DNA of 60,868 nucleotides, from IMG/VR virus record IMGVR_UViG_3300037584_005633, positions 1 to 60,868 of that record; one strand, 5' to 3'. The notes under the pieces are model-generated. The model worked only from the letters and a program-made list of their open reading frames with translations. It did no database searches and was not told where the DNA came from. Positions 30,010 through 39,153 of this stretch are shown here, piece after piece. The position numbers were made by a program, and so were the translations under genes. The first letter of the stretch is position 1. The number at the start of each line of letters is the position of its first letter. This DNA comes from a virus. Taxonomy: Duplodnaviria > Caudoviricetes.

Positions 30010-31604
30010 TGCAAAAAGAGTTACTTCAATTATTTGAAGGTGACTCTTCCCAATACTTATCCATCTCTCTGACGGGGGAGATGGATGAGAGGGGTAAGAG
30101 AAAAGCTTCATACTCCACGATCCACGAACCAGTCACTGAGAAACTTTGGAAGAATCACGTTGATGGGAAGCACTTGATCGGTATTCGCCCTGAGAATGGT
30201 GACAAACTAAAATGGTCATGCATCGATATAGATCCAGCTAATTACAAACAATACACATCCAAAAAATACGTAGACATAATAAGAGATTTTGAACTACCAC
30301 TAGTGCCTGTTAAATCTAAATCTGGTGGTTTACATTTATTTATATTTTTTTCTGATTGGGCAAACAAAGATAAGGTCAAAGAAAAACTAGAAGAAATAAA
30401 CAAAGAATATTTTTTATCAAAAGAAGTGTTTCCATTAAATAAGGCTGTAGGTATGCCTTACTTTAATGCAAATGCAGCGGTTGAATATGCATTTGATGAT
30501 AACAATACACCACTAATGCTAGGTGGTTTTTTAGAATTAGCAAAAAAGAAAACATTAGATCCAAAAGAATTCCTTAAATACAAAGTAACAGAATACAACG
30601 CAGAAACTGATTGGAGAGACTACCCGCCTTGTGTACAAAAAGTTATACAAGAAGGTTGGACAGGAGACAGAAACAACATGCTATTCAATGTTTGTGTAAC
30701 AGAAATGAAAAAAGCAGAAGGCAATCTGACTGTGAAACAATTGAAAGACATAGCTTGGGATAGACAGAAAACTATTTTTGCGAATCACCCAAAAGGACCA
30801 CTCAAAAGAAATGAAAGTGATGGTACGGCACAATCAGTGCATACAAAAGGATATGAATATTTTTGTCCACCTAAGCATAATTTCGTAGCTTCTATATGTG
30901 ATAAAGAAACTTGTAAACTTAGAAAGCTTGGTATTGGTGTACAAGCACCAGATATTAAGAATGAATTTACAGGTTTGACATATACTGAAACAACAAAAGA
31001 AATTATTTATGAATGTACTTTTAGAGATAGACACATAAGTTTTAGACCTGAAGATACAAAAGACGAGAAGTCTTGGAGAGTTTGTTTAGCTAAATATAGA
31101 ATATTTTGGTTAACACTACCTAGACCAAAGAAGGGGCCAAGTCCATTCGAGCTGCTGATGAAACATTTACTTGAGTCAGCTGTTGAGAATACATCACTAA
31201 AATATGAGGATACGGTTGAAGAAGAGAAATACAATACTCTTAAAATATTTTTTGAAAGCACAATTGAACAAGATGATTTTACAAAATTAAAAGATGGGTA
31301 CACTGTTTTAGATAGTAAAGATAATATTTGTTACTTTAAAAGAAACACATTGTCTGATTTTCTTGATAAAAGAAAAACACCATTCAAGTCGGTAAACCAA
31401 GCTGTTCGACTTTTAGATTGTAAAAAGCATGATTTCTTTGAAGGTGAACGTAATGTATGGTATGTTACTATGCCTGAGTTCGTTAACCACCAAAAAATAA
31501 AACCAAAAACTAACACACAACAAGAACTTAGCGAGATGGATGATGAGTACCACAACAAATTTAGGACTCCAGAAACAAAAACAAATATACAGAAAGACAA
31601 TTAA
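30009..31604 (+). CDS. AEP-superfamily primase (prim-pol)
   Basis: CIDID, KSKSGGLHLF, PPC and further Cys in C-terminal half. Confidence 0.85.
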   Translation: MQKELLQLFEGDSSQYLSISLTGEMDERGKRKASYSTIHEPVTEKLWKNHVDGKHLIGIRPENGDKLKWSCIDIDPANYKQYTSKKYVDIIRDFELPLVPVKSKSGGLHLFIFFSDWANKDKVKEKLEEINKEYFLSKEVFPLNKAVGMPYFNANAAVEYAFDDNNTPLMLGGFLELAKKKTLDPKEFLKYKVTEYNAETDWRDYPPCVQKVIQEGWTGDRNNMLFNVCVTEMKKAEGNLTVKQLKDIAWDRQKTIFANHPKGPLKRNESDGTAQSVHTKGYEYFCPPKHNFVASICDKETCKLRKLGIGVQAPDIKNEFTGLTYTETTKEIIYECTFRDRHISFRPEDTKDEKSWRVCLAKYRIFWLTLPRPKKGPSPFELLMKHLLESAVENTSLKYEDTVEEEKYNTLKIFFESTIEQDDFTKLKDGYTVLDSKDNICYFKRNTLSDFLDKRKTPFKSVNQAVRLLDCKKHDFFEGERNVWYVTMPEFVNHQKIKPKTNTQQELSEMDDEYHNKFRTPETKTNIQKDN

Positions 31605-33174
31605 GATCTTTGGTCCACCCGGTACAGGTAAGACTTGGACTCTTATTGAAAGAGTAGTAAAGCGACATTTAAAAAATGGTGTAGATCCAGAGAAGATAGC
31701 CTTCATATCATTTACAAATAAAGCAGTTGATACCGCAAAGATAAGAGCTCTGGAAGCTTTTCCACATCTTGATTCTAAATCGTTTAGTAGATTTAGAACT
31801 TTACATTCTTACTGCAGAAGATATTTTGAAGAAGAAATATTTGATACCAAAGATTGTATGATTGATTATGCACTTACAAATAATTTTGTAAAACGATCAG
31901 ACAATAGACTATCTCAAGATAACTTTACATATTCTGATTGGTCACTTGGTATTTATGATAAGGCTAGAAATTTGTTAGAAGATCCTGTGCTTGTTTTTAA
32001 AAGAGAAGCACAGAAGAAAGAATCACTTGATGTTTATGTTAGAAAGATAAGCACGTATGAGCATTATAAAACTTCAGGAGGGGAAAGATCTTTTCTAGAT
32101 TTTACTGACATGATTGAAAGAGCTTTACATGAAGTAGAATTTCCTGAGCTAGATGTTTTGATACTTGATGAGGCACAAGACTTTACACCGCTGCAATGGT
32201 CATTGATTTATAAAATGTCAGATAGAGTAAAAAGAATTTATCTTGCAGGTGACGATGACCAGGCCATATATCAATGGAATGGTGCTGATACAAAATACTT
32301 TACTAAATACTTTCCTGGTAGGAAAGTTGTATTACGTAAGACAAGAAGATTTGGAACTGCAATACATCAATTTTCACAAATAGTTAGAAAAGGTATTCTC
32401 GATAGTGTTGATAAGGAATTTGAACCACTTATAAAAGAAGGTCTTGTAAAAAGATATTTGAGTTTCAAGGAGATACCTTTTGAGAAGGATGAAGGTAAAT
32501 GGTTTTTATTAGGTAGGATACACACAACAGTCAATGAGCTCAAAGCACTAGCCAAAGATGCAGGAATCTATTTTGCAGATAATAAAGGTCAAAAATCTTT
32601 TGATCAAAACCAATGGTTAGCAATTAAAGCTTGGACTGCTATATCAAATGGCAGAGAGATAATGAAAAAAGAAGCTGAGGTTATGTATAAATTTATAAGA
32701 CAAGTTACAGATTCTGATTACAGGACACCAAAGTTTTGGAGTAATGAACCAGATTATAAGAGATACAATTTTACTGCATTGAAAGAATGGTGTGGTTTAG
32801 ACTTGCCTGATGAATCACAAAAGAAAGCATGGTGGTGGATCTTACGTAGAAACTTTAAACCAAGACAAGTAATTTATTTTTTAAGATTGTTAAAGAGATA
32901 CAAGCAAAGTAAGTTAGATGGAGCACCCAATGTAATTATAGATACAATACACTCTGTGAAAGGTGATGAAGCGAATCATGTATTGTTATATTCAAAAGCC
33001 AATTGGCCTTCTAGTTTTAGACATAAAAACAAAGATGAGAAATCAAATGAAAAGAAAGTTTGGTATACAGGTGTTACAAGAGCAAGAGATAGTTTGCATT
33101 TACTTAGTACAGATTACAAGTATAACTATCCTATTGGTCAAGATTACTTAGTTTATGTACAGGGAGAGAAATGA
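31540..33174 (+). CDS. UvrD/Rep-like SF1 helicase
   Basis: GPPGTGKT, DEAQD, GDDDQAIY, TIHSVKG.E, YTGVTRA. Confidence 0.93.
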   Translation: MMSTTTNLGLQKQKQIYRKTIKIFGPPGTGKTWTLIERVVKRHLKNGVDPEKIAFISFTNKAVDTAKIRALEAFPHLDSKSFSRFRTLHSYCRRYFEEEIFDTKDCMIDYALTNNFVKRSDNRLSQDNFTYSDWSLGIYDKARNLLEDPVLVFKREAQKKESLDVYVRKISTYEHYKTSGGERSFLDFTDMIERALHEVEFPELDVLILDEAQDFTPLQWSLIYKMSDRVKRIYLAGDDDQAIYQWNGADTKYFTKYFPGRKVVLRKTRRFGTAIHQFSQIVRKGILDSVDKEFEPLIKEGLVKRYLSFKEIPFEKDEGKWFLLGRIHTTVNELKALAKDAGIYFADNKGQKSFDQNQWLAIKAWTAISNGREIMKKEAEVMYKFIRQVTDSDYRTPKFWSNEPDYKRYNFTALKEWCGLDLPDESQKKAWWWILRRNFKPRQVIYFLRLLKRYKQSKLDGAPNVIIDTIHSVKGDEANHVLLYSKANWPSSFRHKNKDEKSNEKKVWYTGVTRARDSLHLLSTDYKYNYPIGQDYLVYVQGEK

Positions 33175-34169
33175 ACCATTTAGATTTATTTAGTGGCATT
33201 GGTGGTTTCAGCTTAGCCTTAGAAAAAGTTGGTTTTAAAACTATAGCTTTTTGTGAAAACGATCCTTATTGTAGATTGTTGCTGCAAAAGCATTGGAAAG
33301 GAGTTACAATACATAATGATATTAAAAAATTGGAAGCGAAGGACATTAAAGAACCAATTGACATCCTCACAGGTGGCTTTCCTTGCCAACCGTACAGTGT
33401 TGCAGGCAAGCAAAAAGGGACTGATGACAACAGATATCTCTGGCCAGATATGTTTAGAGTCATTAAAGAAGTCAAACCCACCTTCATTATTGCAGAAAAT
33501 GTGCGAGGAATTATTAACATCCAAGACGGCATGGTATTCGAAACAGTGTGCTCTGACTTGGAAGCTGAAGGTTTCGAAATCCAGACGTTTGTTATTCCAG
33601 CTGCAGGCGTCAACGCTCCACACAAAAGAGAAAGAGTCTGGATTGTGGGCTACTCCAAACACAATGGATCACTTGCCTCCAAGATCAAAAGAAGGAACAA
33701 TAAAATTGATGACAGGACAGCGGAAGGGCAGAACACGTCCATCGAACCTGAGAGAACAAGTGGATCCAGAGACAATGAGATTGTGGAGAACTCCAGACGC
33801 GAACTGCATGAGAGGTCCAGCATCCGAGAAAAGAATGAAGATGAAATTGGAAAAGAGAATGCCAATCAGTTTGAACGATCAAGTAGCAAATCCACATCTG
33901 ATGTGGCCAACACCAAGGGCGAACAAAGTGACACCAATAATTACAGACAAGAATCGGGAGAAGTTAGCGAACAGGAACAAATCGAATCTAGAAGAGGTCG
34001 TAGCTGGACATTGCGGGAGGCAAGTTGGAGCTCTGAACCCAATGTGGGTAGAGTGGCTAATGGGATACCCGGCAGGGCATACAGACTTAGAGGATTGGGA
34101 AACGCTGTCGTCCCAAAAATCCCTGAAGAAATAGGAAAGGCAATATGGAAAGTACTGAACCAAAATTAA
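33171..34169 (+). CDS. C5-cytosine DNA methyltransferase, catalytic (alpha-like) chain
   Basis: Motifs I (LFSGIGG), IV (GFPCQ), VI (ENV), VIII (HKRERVWIV), X (LGNAVVP); no motif IX in this frame. Confidence 0.92.
   Translation: MNHLDLFSGIGGFSLALEKVGFKTIAFCENDPYCRLLLQKHWKGVTIHNDIKKLEAKDIKEPIDILTGGFPCQPYSVAGKQKGTDDNRYLWPDMFRVIKEVKPTFIIAENVRGIINIQDGMVFETVCSDLEAEGFEIQTFVIPAAGVNAPHKRERVWIVGYSKHNGSLASKIKRRNNKIDDRTAEGQNTSIEPERTSGSRDNEIVENSRRELHERSSIREKNEDEIGKENANQFERSSSKSTSDVANTKGEQSDTNNYRQESGEVSEQEQIESRRGRSWTLREASWSSEPNVGRVANGIPGRAYRLRGLGNAVVPKIPEEIGKAIWKVLNQN
33253..34134 (+). CDS. overlapping +1-frame ORF: putative methyltransferase recognition (beta-like) chain
   Basis: Open for 293 codons inside the MTase gene; three WxTP...L.xxV repeats and motif-IX-like LNPMWVEWLMGYPAGHT; start uncertain. 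Confidence 0.75.
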   Translation: MKTILIVDCCCKSIGKELQYIMILKNWKRRTLKNQLTSSQVAFLANRTVLQASKKGLMTTDISGQICLESLKKSNPPSLLQKMCEELLTSKTAWYSKQCALTWKLKVSKSRRLLFQLQASTLHTKEKESGLWATPNTMDHLPPRSKEGTIKLMTGQRKGRTRPSNLREQVDPETMRLWRTPDANCMRGPASEKRMKMKLEKRMPISLNDQVANPHLMWPTPRANKVTPIITDKNREKLANRNKSNLEEVVAGHCGRQVGALNPMWVEWLMGYPAGHTDLEDWETLSSQKSLKK

Positions 34170-34954
34170 GAATACTATCTTTAGGCGCTGGCGTGCAGAG
34201 TTCAACAATGGCTTTGATGGCTGATGCAGGGGAGTTTGGTGATAAACCTGATGCAGCTGTATTTGCAGATACAGGTTGGGAACCAAAACCTGTAATGAAA
34301 CATTTAGAATATTTAAAAAATGTGATCAGTTACCCAATACACATTGTTAAGAAAGGTAATATTCAAGACGACATACTCACGGCTCTCGCACCAGGCGGAA
34401 ATCAATTCGCTTCCGCACCATTTTATACTTTAAATGAACAAGGTAAAAAAGGCATGGGTCGTAGGCAATGCACAAGAGAATATAAGATTACTCCAATTGC
34501 AAAAAAAATTAGAGAATTATGTGGATTAAAACCAAGACAAAGATTTCCAAAAACAGAACATGTAGAGGTTTGGGTTGGTATATCAACTGATGAGATCATG
34601 CGTATGAAACCATCAAGATTTTGGTGGCAAAAAAATAGATGGCCTTTGATTGAAAAAAAGATGTCTAGGCAGGATTGTTTAAAATGGTATGAAGGTAAGG
34701 GTTTTAAGATACCCGTGAAATCTGCGTGCATAGGTTGTCCGTTTCACGATGATAATTTCTGGATTGATATGAGAAATAACAGGCCTGAAGAATTTGCAAA
34801 TGCTGTAGAATTTGATAAAAGTATGCGTATGCATAATCCAAAAGTAAAAAATTATGTCCATAGATCATGTGTCCCCTTAGACGAGGTAAAGTTTAAGAAT
34901 GATGACGGGCCAGATCTATTTAACAATGAATGTGAGGGTATGTGCGGTGTTTAG
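34145..34954 (+). CDS. PAPS-reductase / PP-loop family protein
   Basis: SLGAGVQS, FADTGWE, CT.EYK, KSACIGCPF, CEGMC. Confidence 0.8.
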   Translation: MESTEPKLRILSLGAGVQSSTMALMADAGEFGDKPDAAVFADTGWEPKPVMKHLEYLKNVISYPIHIVKKGNIQDDILTALAPGGNQFASAPFYTLNEQGKKGMGRRQCTREYKITPIAKKIRELCGLKPRQRFPKTEHVEVWVGISTDEIMRMKPSRFWWQKNRWPLIEKKMSRQDCLKWYEGKGFKIPVKSACIGCPFHDDNFWIDMRNNRPEEFANAVEFDKSMRMHNPKVKNYVHRSCVPLDEVKFKNDDGPDLFNNECEGMCGV

Positions 34955-35150
34955 AAATGTAATCATACAAGCTCTTGAAGATAGATATAATGCTCAAATT
35001 TCTGAAGCTGAAGCAACATTAAAAATATATATGGAGAAACCTGTAGGTATAGGTGAGCATCCACAACATATTGATGAGTGCGATAAACTTATTGAAAAAA
35101 TATCTAGTGCTGAAGAGAAATTAGAAACATTACAAGCTTTTAAATTATGA
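34899..35150 (+). CDS. conserved small phage protein (start probably GTG 34947)
   Basis: PVGIGEHPQ motif. Confidence 0.75.
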   Translation: MMTGQIYLTMNVRVCAVFRNVIIQALEDRYNAQISEAEATLKIYMEKPVGIGEHPQHIDECDKLIEKISSAEEKLETLQAFKL

Positions 35151-35425
35151 GTGATAAAGAAATGTTTGAGGGCGCCTTTCCTCAAGATAAACAAATTGGT
35201 GGATCTCATTATAAAGACTTTCATATTCAACCTTATGAATTCATATCCAAAAATAACCTTTCTTTTTTTCAAGGCAACGTTATTAAATATGTGTGTAGAT
35301 ATTTAAATAAAAATGGTATCGAAGATCTAGATAAAATAATACATTATTGTGAATTAGAGAAGCTTAAAATGAAGGATATGAATGACAAACGTAATAAGAA
35401 AAGACATAACGGTAGCAAAACATAA
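35147..35425 (+). CDS. DUF3310 (SaV-like) protein
   Basis: QIGGSHY..IQP..F..GNVIKY..R..K.G.EDL.K. Confidence 0.85.
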   Translation: MSDKEMFEGAFPQDKQIGGSHYKDFHIQPYEFISKNNLSFFQGNVIKYVCRYLNKNGIEDLDKIIHYCELEKLKMKDMNDKRNKKRHNGSKT

Positions 35426-35582
35426 TTTTAGGTTAGAGATATATCCACAATTAGAAGGATGTGATGACGTTACGTTTGAAATTTATCCTGCAGATTATCA
35501 TGCAGCTCTTTATGCATTTAGTAATAAAGAAAAATTAAATAGATTAATTAGAGAAAAACATATATACGAACCAAAGAAATGA
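35382..35582 (+). CDS. hypothetical protein
   Basis: Coupled ORF. Confidence 0.65.
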   Translation: MTNVIRKDITVAKHNFRLEIYPQLEGCDDVTFEIYPADYHAALYAFSNKEKLNRLIREKHIYEPKK

Positions 35583-37450
35583 CAGGTTTACAATTTACAT
35601 TTAATTTTAAAAAACATATTTGGTCTTGTCCCTCAGAGTACAAAGATTTAAGTGCTTATGATGAAATAGCTATAGATTTAGAAACAAGAGATGATGGTAT
35701 TAATAATAAACTTGGTGCAGGTTGGGCAACTGGTAATGGTTATGTAATTGGATTTGCTGTAGCAGTAGAAGGTTGGCAAGGTTATTATCCATTCAATCAT
35801 TTGGGTGGAGGTAACATGATACCTGAGCAAGTAAAAAATTATATGAAAGAAGTATGTGGTTTACCTAGTAGAAAAATATTTCATAATGCACAATATGATG
35901 TTGGTTGGTTACAACAAATGGGTATACCTGTAAATGGTGAGATTGTTGATACCATGGTAGCTGCAGGTATCATAGATGAGAATAGATGGTCTTATAGTTT
36001 AAATGCATTAGCTAAAGATTATCTTGGTGAGCTAAAGTCCGAGCAAGATTTGAATGAAGCAGCTAAGGATCACGGTATTGATCCAAAGGCTGAGATGTGG
36101 AAGTTACCTGCGGAACATGTTGGTTTTTACGCTGAACAAGATGCACGACTTACGTACCTTTTATGGCAAAGGTTTAAACCAGAAATACATAATCAAAACT
36201 TAACTACAATATGGGAATTAGAAGCAAAGCTGTTACCAATATTATTAAAGATGCGTACTAAAGGTGTGCGGGTTGATGTAGAGAAGGCTCATCAACTAAA
36301 AAAAGAGTTCCAAGCTCAGGAGAAGAAGTATCTAACAAAAATAAAACAGCTAGCAGGCAAAGAAGTAGACATATGGGCAGCAAGACAAATAGGCGAAGCC
36401 TACGACAAGTTAGGGATAGATTATCCACGTACCGACAAAACTCATGAGCCATCGTTCACATCCAATTGGTTAGCTAATTCAAAACACGAAATATCAAAAT
36501 TTATAGCACAGGCTAGAGAGATCAACAAGTTTCATGGTACATTCCTGGACTCAATATTAAAATACGAACACAATGGGAGAATACATGGCGAGATCAATCA
36601 GTTACGTAGTGACAGTGGTGGGACTGTTAGCGGCCGTTTGTCTATGGCTAATCCTAATCTTCAACAGTTACCAGCACGTAACAAAGATTTTGGACCGAAA
36701 ATCAGAGGACTCTTCTTACCTGAAGAAGGATGTAGATGGGGAAGTTTTGACTATAGCCAACAAGAACCGCGAATGGTAGTACATTATGCAGCCTCTATAG
36801 GTGAAGGGTACGAAGGATCCAACGAGCTCGTAGAGGCGTACGCTAATTCAGAAACCGACTTTCACCAAACAGTAGCAGATCTAGCAGGAATAGAGCGTAA
36901 ACAAGCCAAAACAATAGGCTTAGGATTGATGTACGGAATGGGTAAAAATAAATTAGCCAACTCACTCGGATTGTCAACAGAAGAAGCGTCAGCATTAATA
37001 GCCCGGTATAATCGTAAAGTTCCATTTGTAAAACTTTTATCTGATAGATGTATGAAAAAAGCAAGTGATGAGGGTGTCATTAGAACAAAAAAAGGTAGAA
37101 AATGTAGATTTGAGATGTGGGAACCTAGGGATTTTGGCATACACCAAGCTGAAACATTTGAAAATGCATCGTCAAAATATGGTAGACAAAACATAAAAAG
37201 AGCATTTACATATAAAGCATTAAACAGATTAATACAGGGATCCGCAGCAGATCAAACAAAACAAGCAATTATAAGTTGTTATGAGGTAGGGTTTACACCT
37301 AAAATACAAATTCATGATGAATTATGCTTTGATATAAAATCTGACGATGATATAAAAGTGATCAAGGAAACTATGGAAACATGCATGGAATTTAAAGTAC
37401 CAAGTAAAGTAGACGTAGCGTTAGGAGATGACTTTGGACAAGCTTCATAA
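35579..37450 (+). CDS. polA: family A DNA polymerase with 3'-5' exonuclease, Leu762 type
   Basis: DLET, HNAQYD, GRLS..NPNLQQ, DYSQQE, KTIGLGLMYG, IQGSAAD, HDEL. Confidence 0.95.
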   Translation: MTGLQFTFNFKKHIWSCPSEYKDLSAYDEIAIDLETRDDGINNKLGAGWATGNGYVIGFAVAVEGWQGYYPFNHLGGGNMIPEQVKNYMKEVCGLPSRKIFHNAQYDVGWLQQMGIPVNGEIVDTMVAAGIIDENRWSYSLNALAKDYLGELKSEQDLNEAAKDHGIDPKAEMWKLPAEHVGFYAEQDARLTYLLWQRFKPEIHNQNLTTIWELEAKLLPILLKMRTKGVRVDVEKAHQLKKEFQAQEKKYLTKIKQLAGKEVDIWAARQIGEAYDKLGIDYPRTDKTHEPSFTSNWLANSKHEISKFIAQAREINKFHGTFLDSILKYEHNGRIHGEINQLRSDSGGTVSGRLSMANPNLQQLPARNKDFGPKIRGLFLPEEGCRWGSFDYSQQEPRMVVHYAASIGEGYEGSNELVEAYANSETDFHQTVADLAGIERKQAKTIGLGLMYGMGKNKLANSLGLSTEEASALIARYNRKVPFVKLLSDRCMKKASDEGVIRTKKGRKCRFEMWEPRDFGIHQAETFENASSKYGRQNIKRAFTYKALNRLIQGSAADQTKQAIISCYEVGFTPKIQIHDELCFDIKSDDDIKVIKETMETCMEFKVPSKVDVALGDDFGQAS

Positions 37451-37880
37451 AAACCAAGTAGCAGGTGTTGGCTTAGTGGCCTGGCCACTATACATGGTCT
37501 TCAAGGAAAGGTTAACACTAAAAAAATTTGACGATTTAAAAAACAAAGTACCTTTTTATCCAAACATACTAGCCAAAGATATTCAAAAAAATGGTTTATT
37601 ATGCCCAATGGTTTTGAACAACAAAAATCAAATTACAGATGGTGGTGACAGATTTGAAATTTTGAAAAAGGCTGACATCAATGGAAGTCTATTTTATGTA
37701 GCCAAAAGTAAAGAAGAAGAATTTTTTTTTAAAAAATTAAATGACTTAACTTGGGATGAACATCCTGATATGTCCAAATTAATGGAGAAGTTATGGCAAG
37801 GAAAAATGAAAAAATACACAGAGAAAGTTACTCATCTGTTCACAGAAAATGTGAAAACTGCGAATCTCAAGCAATCATAA
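37428..37880 (+). CDS. ParB/Srx-like N-terminal domain protein
   Basis: DIQKNGLLCPMVL...ITDG..R. Confidence 0.55.
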   Translation: MTLDKLHKNQVAGVGLVAWPLYMVFKERLTLKKFDDLKNKVPFYPNILAKDIQKNGLLCPMVLNNKNQITDGGDRFEILKKADINGSLFYVAKSKEEEFFFKKLNDLTWDEHPDMSKLMEKLWQGKMKKYTEKVTHLFTENVKTANLKQS

Positions 37881-37969
37881 TAGAAAATAAAAAATACTAT
37901 TGTGCTCCTTGTGCCCTTAAAAAAGCGGGCATAAGACCCTTAACCAAATTAATGATTTATAAAAATTAA
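37793..37969 (+). CDS. 58-aa zinc-ribbon protein (not in track)
   Basis: GGAGAAG RBS; KCENC...YYCAPC. Confidence 0.65.
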   Translation: MARKNEKIHRESYSSVHRKCENCESQAIIIENKKYYCAPCALKKAGIRPLTKLMIYKN

Positions 37970-37982
37970 TTTAAACTAGTAT

Positions 37983-38168
37983 TTAACCAGTTTTTTTAAA
38001 CAATTGCTCAGCGTCTTTTACACTTTGCTCATTGATCTTAACTCTAAGACCTTTAATTTCAATATCGATCCACTTCATATCAGGGGTAACTCTGCCCTGT
38101 GCTAACGCTTGTGTTGCCCATTTGGACTCTAGCTGTAGCTTCTTCGATATTAACTCCTGTAGTGCCAT
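37983..38168 (-). CDS. hypothetical protein
   Basis: RBS; minus-strand mini-operon. Confidence 0.7.
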   Translation of the reverse strand: MALQELISKKLQLESKWATQALAQGRVTPDMKWIDIEIKGLRVKINEQSVKDAEQLFKKTG

Positions 38169-38355
38169 TGTCTAGCTCCTCATAAGTTAAATGGTATCGT
38201 CTATGTCCTCGACCAAAACCATCTGGTTCAACAGAATATTGTTTGTTATACATATTCTGTACGAAGCCCTCTATCGCAGCCTTATCGTCAACAGCGTTTA
38301 CGACACTAGTAAAATATAGTCCAGCTGCATAACATTGAAAGCGATATTGCTTCAT
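38080..38355 (-). CDS. hypothetical protein
   Basis: Preceded by minus-strand TTGATT-17-TAAGAT promoter. Confidence 0.65.
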   Translation of the reverse strand: MKQYRFQCYAAGLYFTSVVNAVDDKAAIEGFVQNMYNKQYSVEPDGFGRGHRRYHLTYEELDNGTTGVNIEEATARVQMGNTSVSTGQSYP

Positions 38356-38386
38356 AAGATAATCTTATCAACTTTGAGGTGTAAAA

Positions 38387-38617
38387 TCAAGTGTTTTTCC
38401 TGTTCTTGTCAACTATGCAAGTAACATCAAGATAAGAAATATGGAAGCCTCTTGATGTCAAATTAAGCGCAATTTCATTGGCTTTTTCAACTTTTCGTTT
38501 TGCACATTGAGTTTCTGTATAAAAAACTATTGGGTTTTCATTTATATAAGCGCAGTGATTTGTTCCTGTTAGGGGATCAATTAAGCATAATAAACCCATT
38601 AAAAAAAATTCTGACAT
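38387..38617 (-). CDS. hypothetical Cys-containing protein, possibly secreted
   Basis: Hydrophobic N-terminus, four Cys. Confidence 0.65.
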   Translation of the reverse strand: MSEFFLMGLLCLIDPLTGTNHCAYINENPIVFYTETQCAKRKVEKANEIALNLTSRGFHISYLDVTCIVDKNRKNT

Positions 38618-38642
38618 AATTTAATATACCACAAATTTTCTC

Positions 38643-38679
38643 TTGACACAGATAAGACGATTTCCTATATTAATGGGAT
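38643..38679 (+). promoter_or_regulatory. sigma70 promoter with ATGGGAT box
   Basis: TTGACA-17-TATATT-A-ATGGGAT, then GGAG RBS. Confidence 0.8.
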
Positions 38680-38690
38680 AGGAGAAAACA

Positions 38691-38888
38691 ATGAACTTAA
38701 AAAGCAAATCAAAACTATTTCACGCATTAGTCGAGAAAATAGATATAGCATTGGCAACCGAACACAATTTTGATCGTATTGCTGATAAACTTAAAAACTT
38801 ACATATCAAAGTAGGTGATGATTACATGAAACCATTACATACGGATTTATGTACTAAACTTGCAATCAATGAATTGGAGAGCAGATGA
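38691..38888 (+). CDS. hypothetical early protein
   Basis: Promoter and RBS. Confidence 0.75.
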   Translation: MNLKSKSKLFHALVEKIDIALATEHNFDRIADKLKNLHIKVGDDYMKPLHTDLCTKLAINELESR

Positions 38889-38980
38889 GCTGGACACAGA
38901 TCGTAGTTGCTCTACTATTTTTTGCTCTTGTATTTCCAAAGATAACATTATTACTGGTGGGCTACATATGGCTTTTCTAA
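38885..38980 (+). CDS. 31-aa membrane peptide (not in track)
   Basis: MSWTQIVVALLFFALVFPKITLLLVGYIWLF; ATGA coupling. Confidence 0.6.
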   Translation: MSWTQIVVALLFFALVFPKITLLLVGYIWLF

Positions 38981-39153
38981 ATTCTAATTGGAAAGATAAA
39001 CGTGTTGCAGCTATCAACAGAGTAAGTTTTAGGAGGGGTTGGAGTTCTAGTGAGAATAATCCATACTTCGATCAATACACAGTAATAATGGATCCAAAAA
39101 TAAAAACCAAAAAACAAATGAAAAAGGAGTTAAGGATACATGGATATAAATAA
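38968..39153 (+). CDS. hypothetical protein
   Basis: Start reassigned to MAFLNSNWK. Confidence 0.65.
   Translation: MAFLNSNWKDKRVAAINRVSFRRGWSSSENNPYFDQYTVIMDPKIKTKKQMKKELRIHGYK

Noticed and set aside
33219-34286. Several minus-strand ORFs over the methyltransferase
   Set aside because: No motifs or RBS; expected by-product of two constrained plus frames
27149-37450. Inteins or introns in helicases, primase or polymerase
   Set aside because: Protein lengths are normal and motifs contiguous; no intein termini seen
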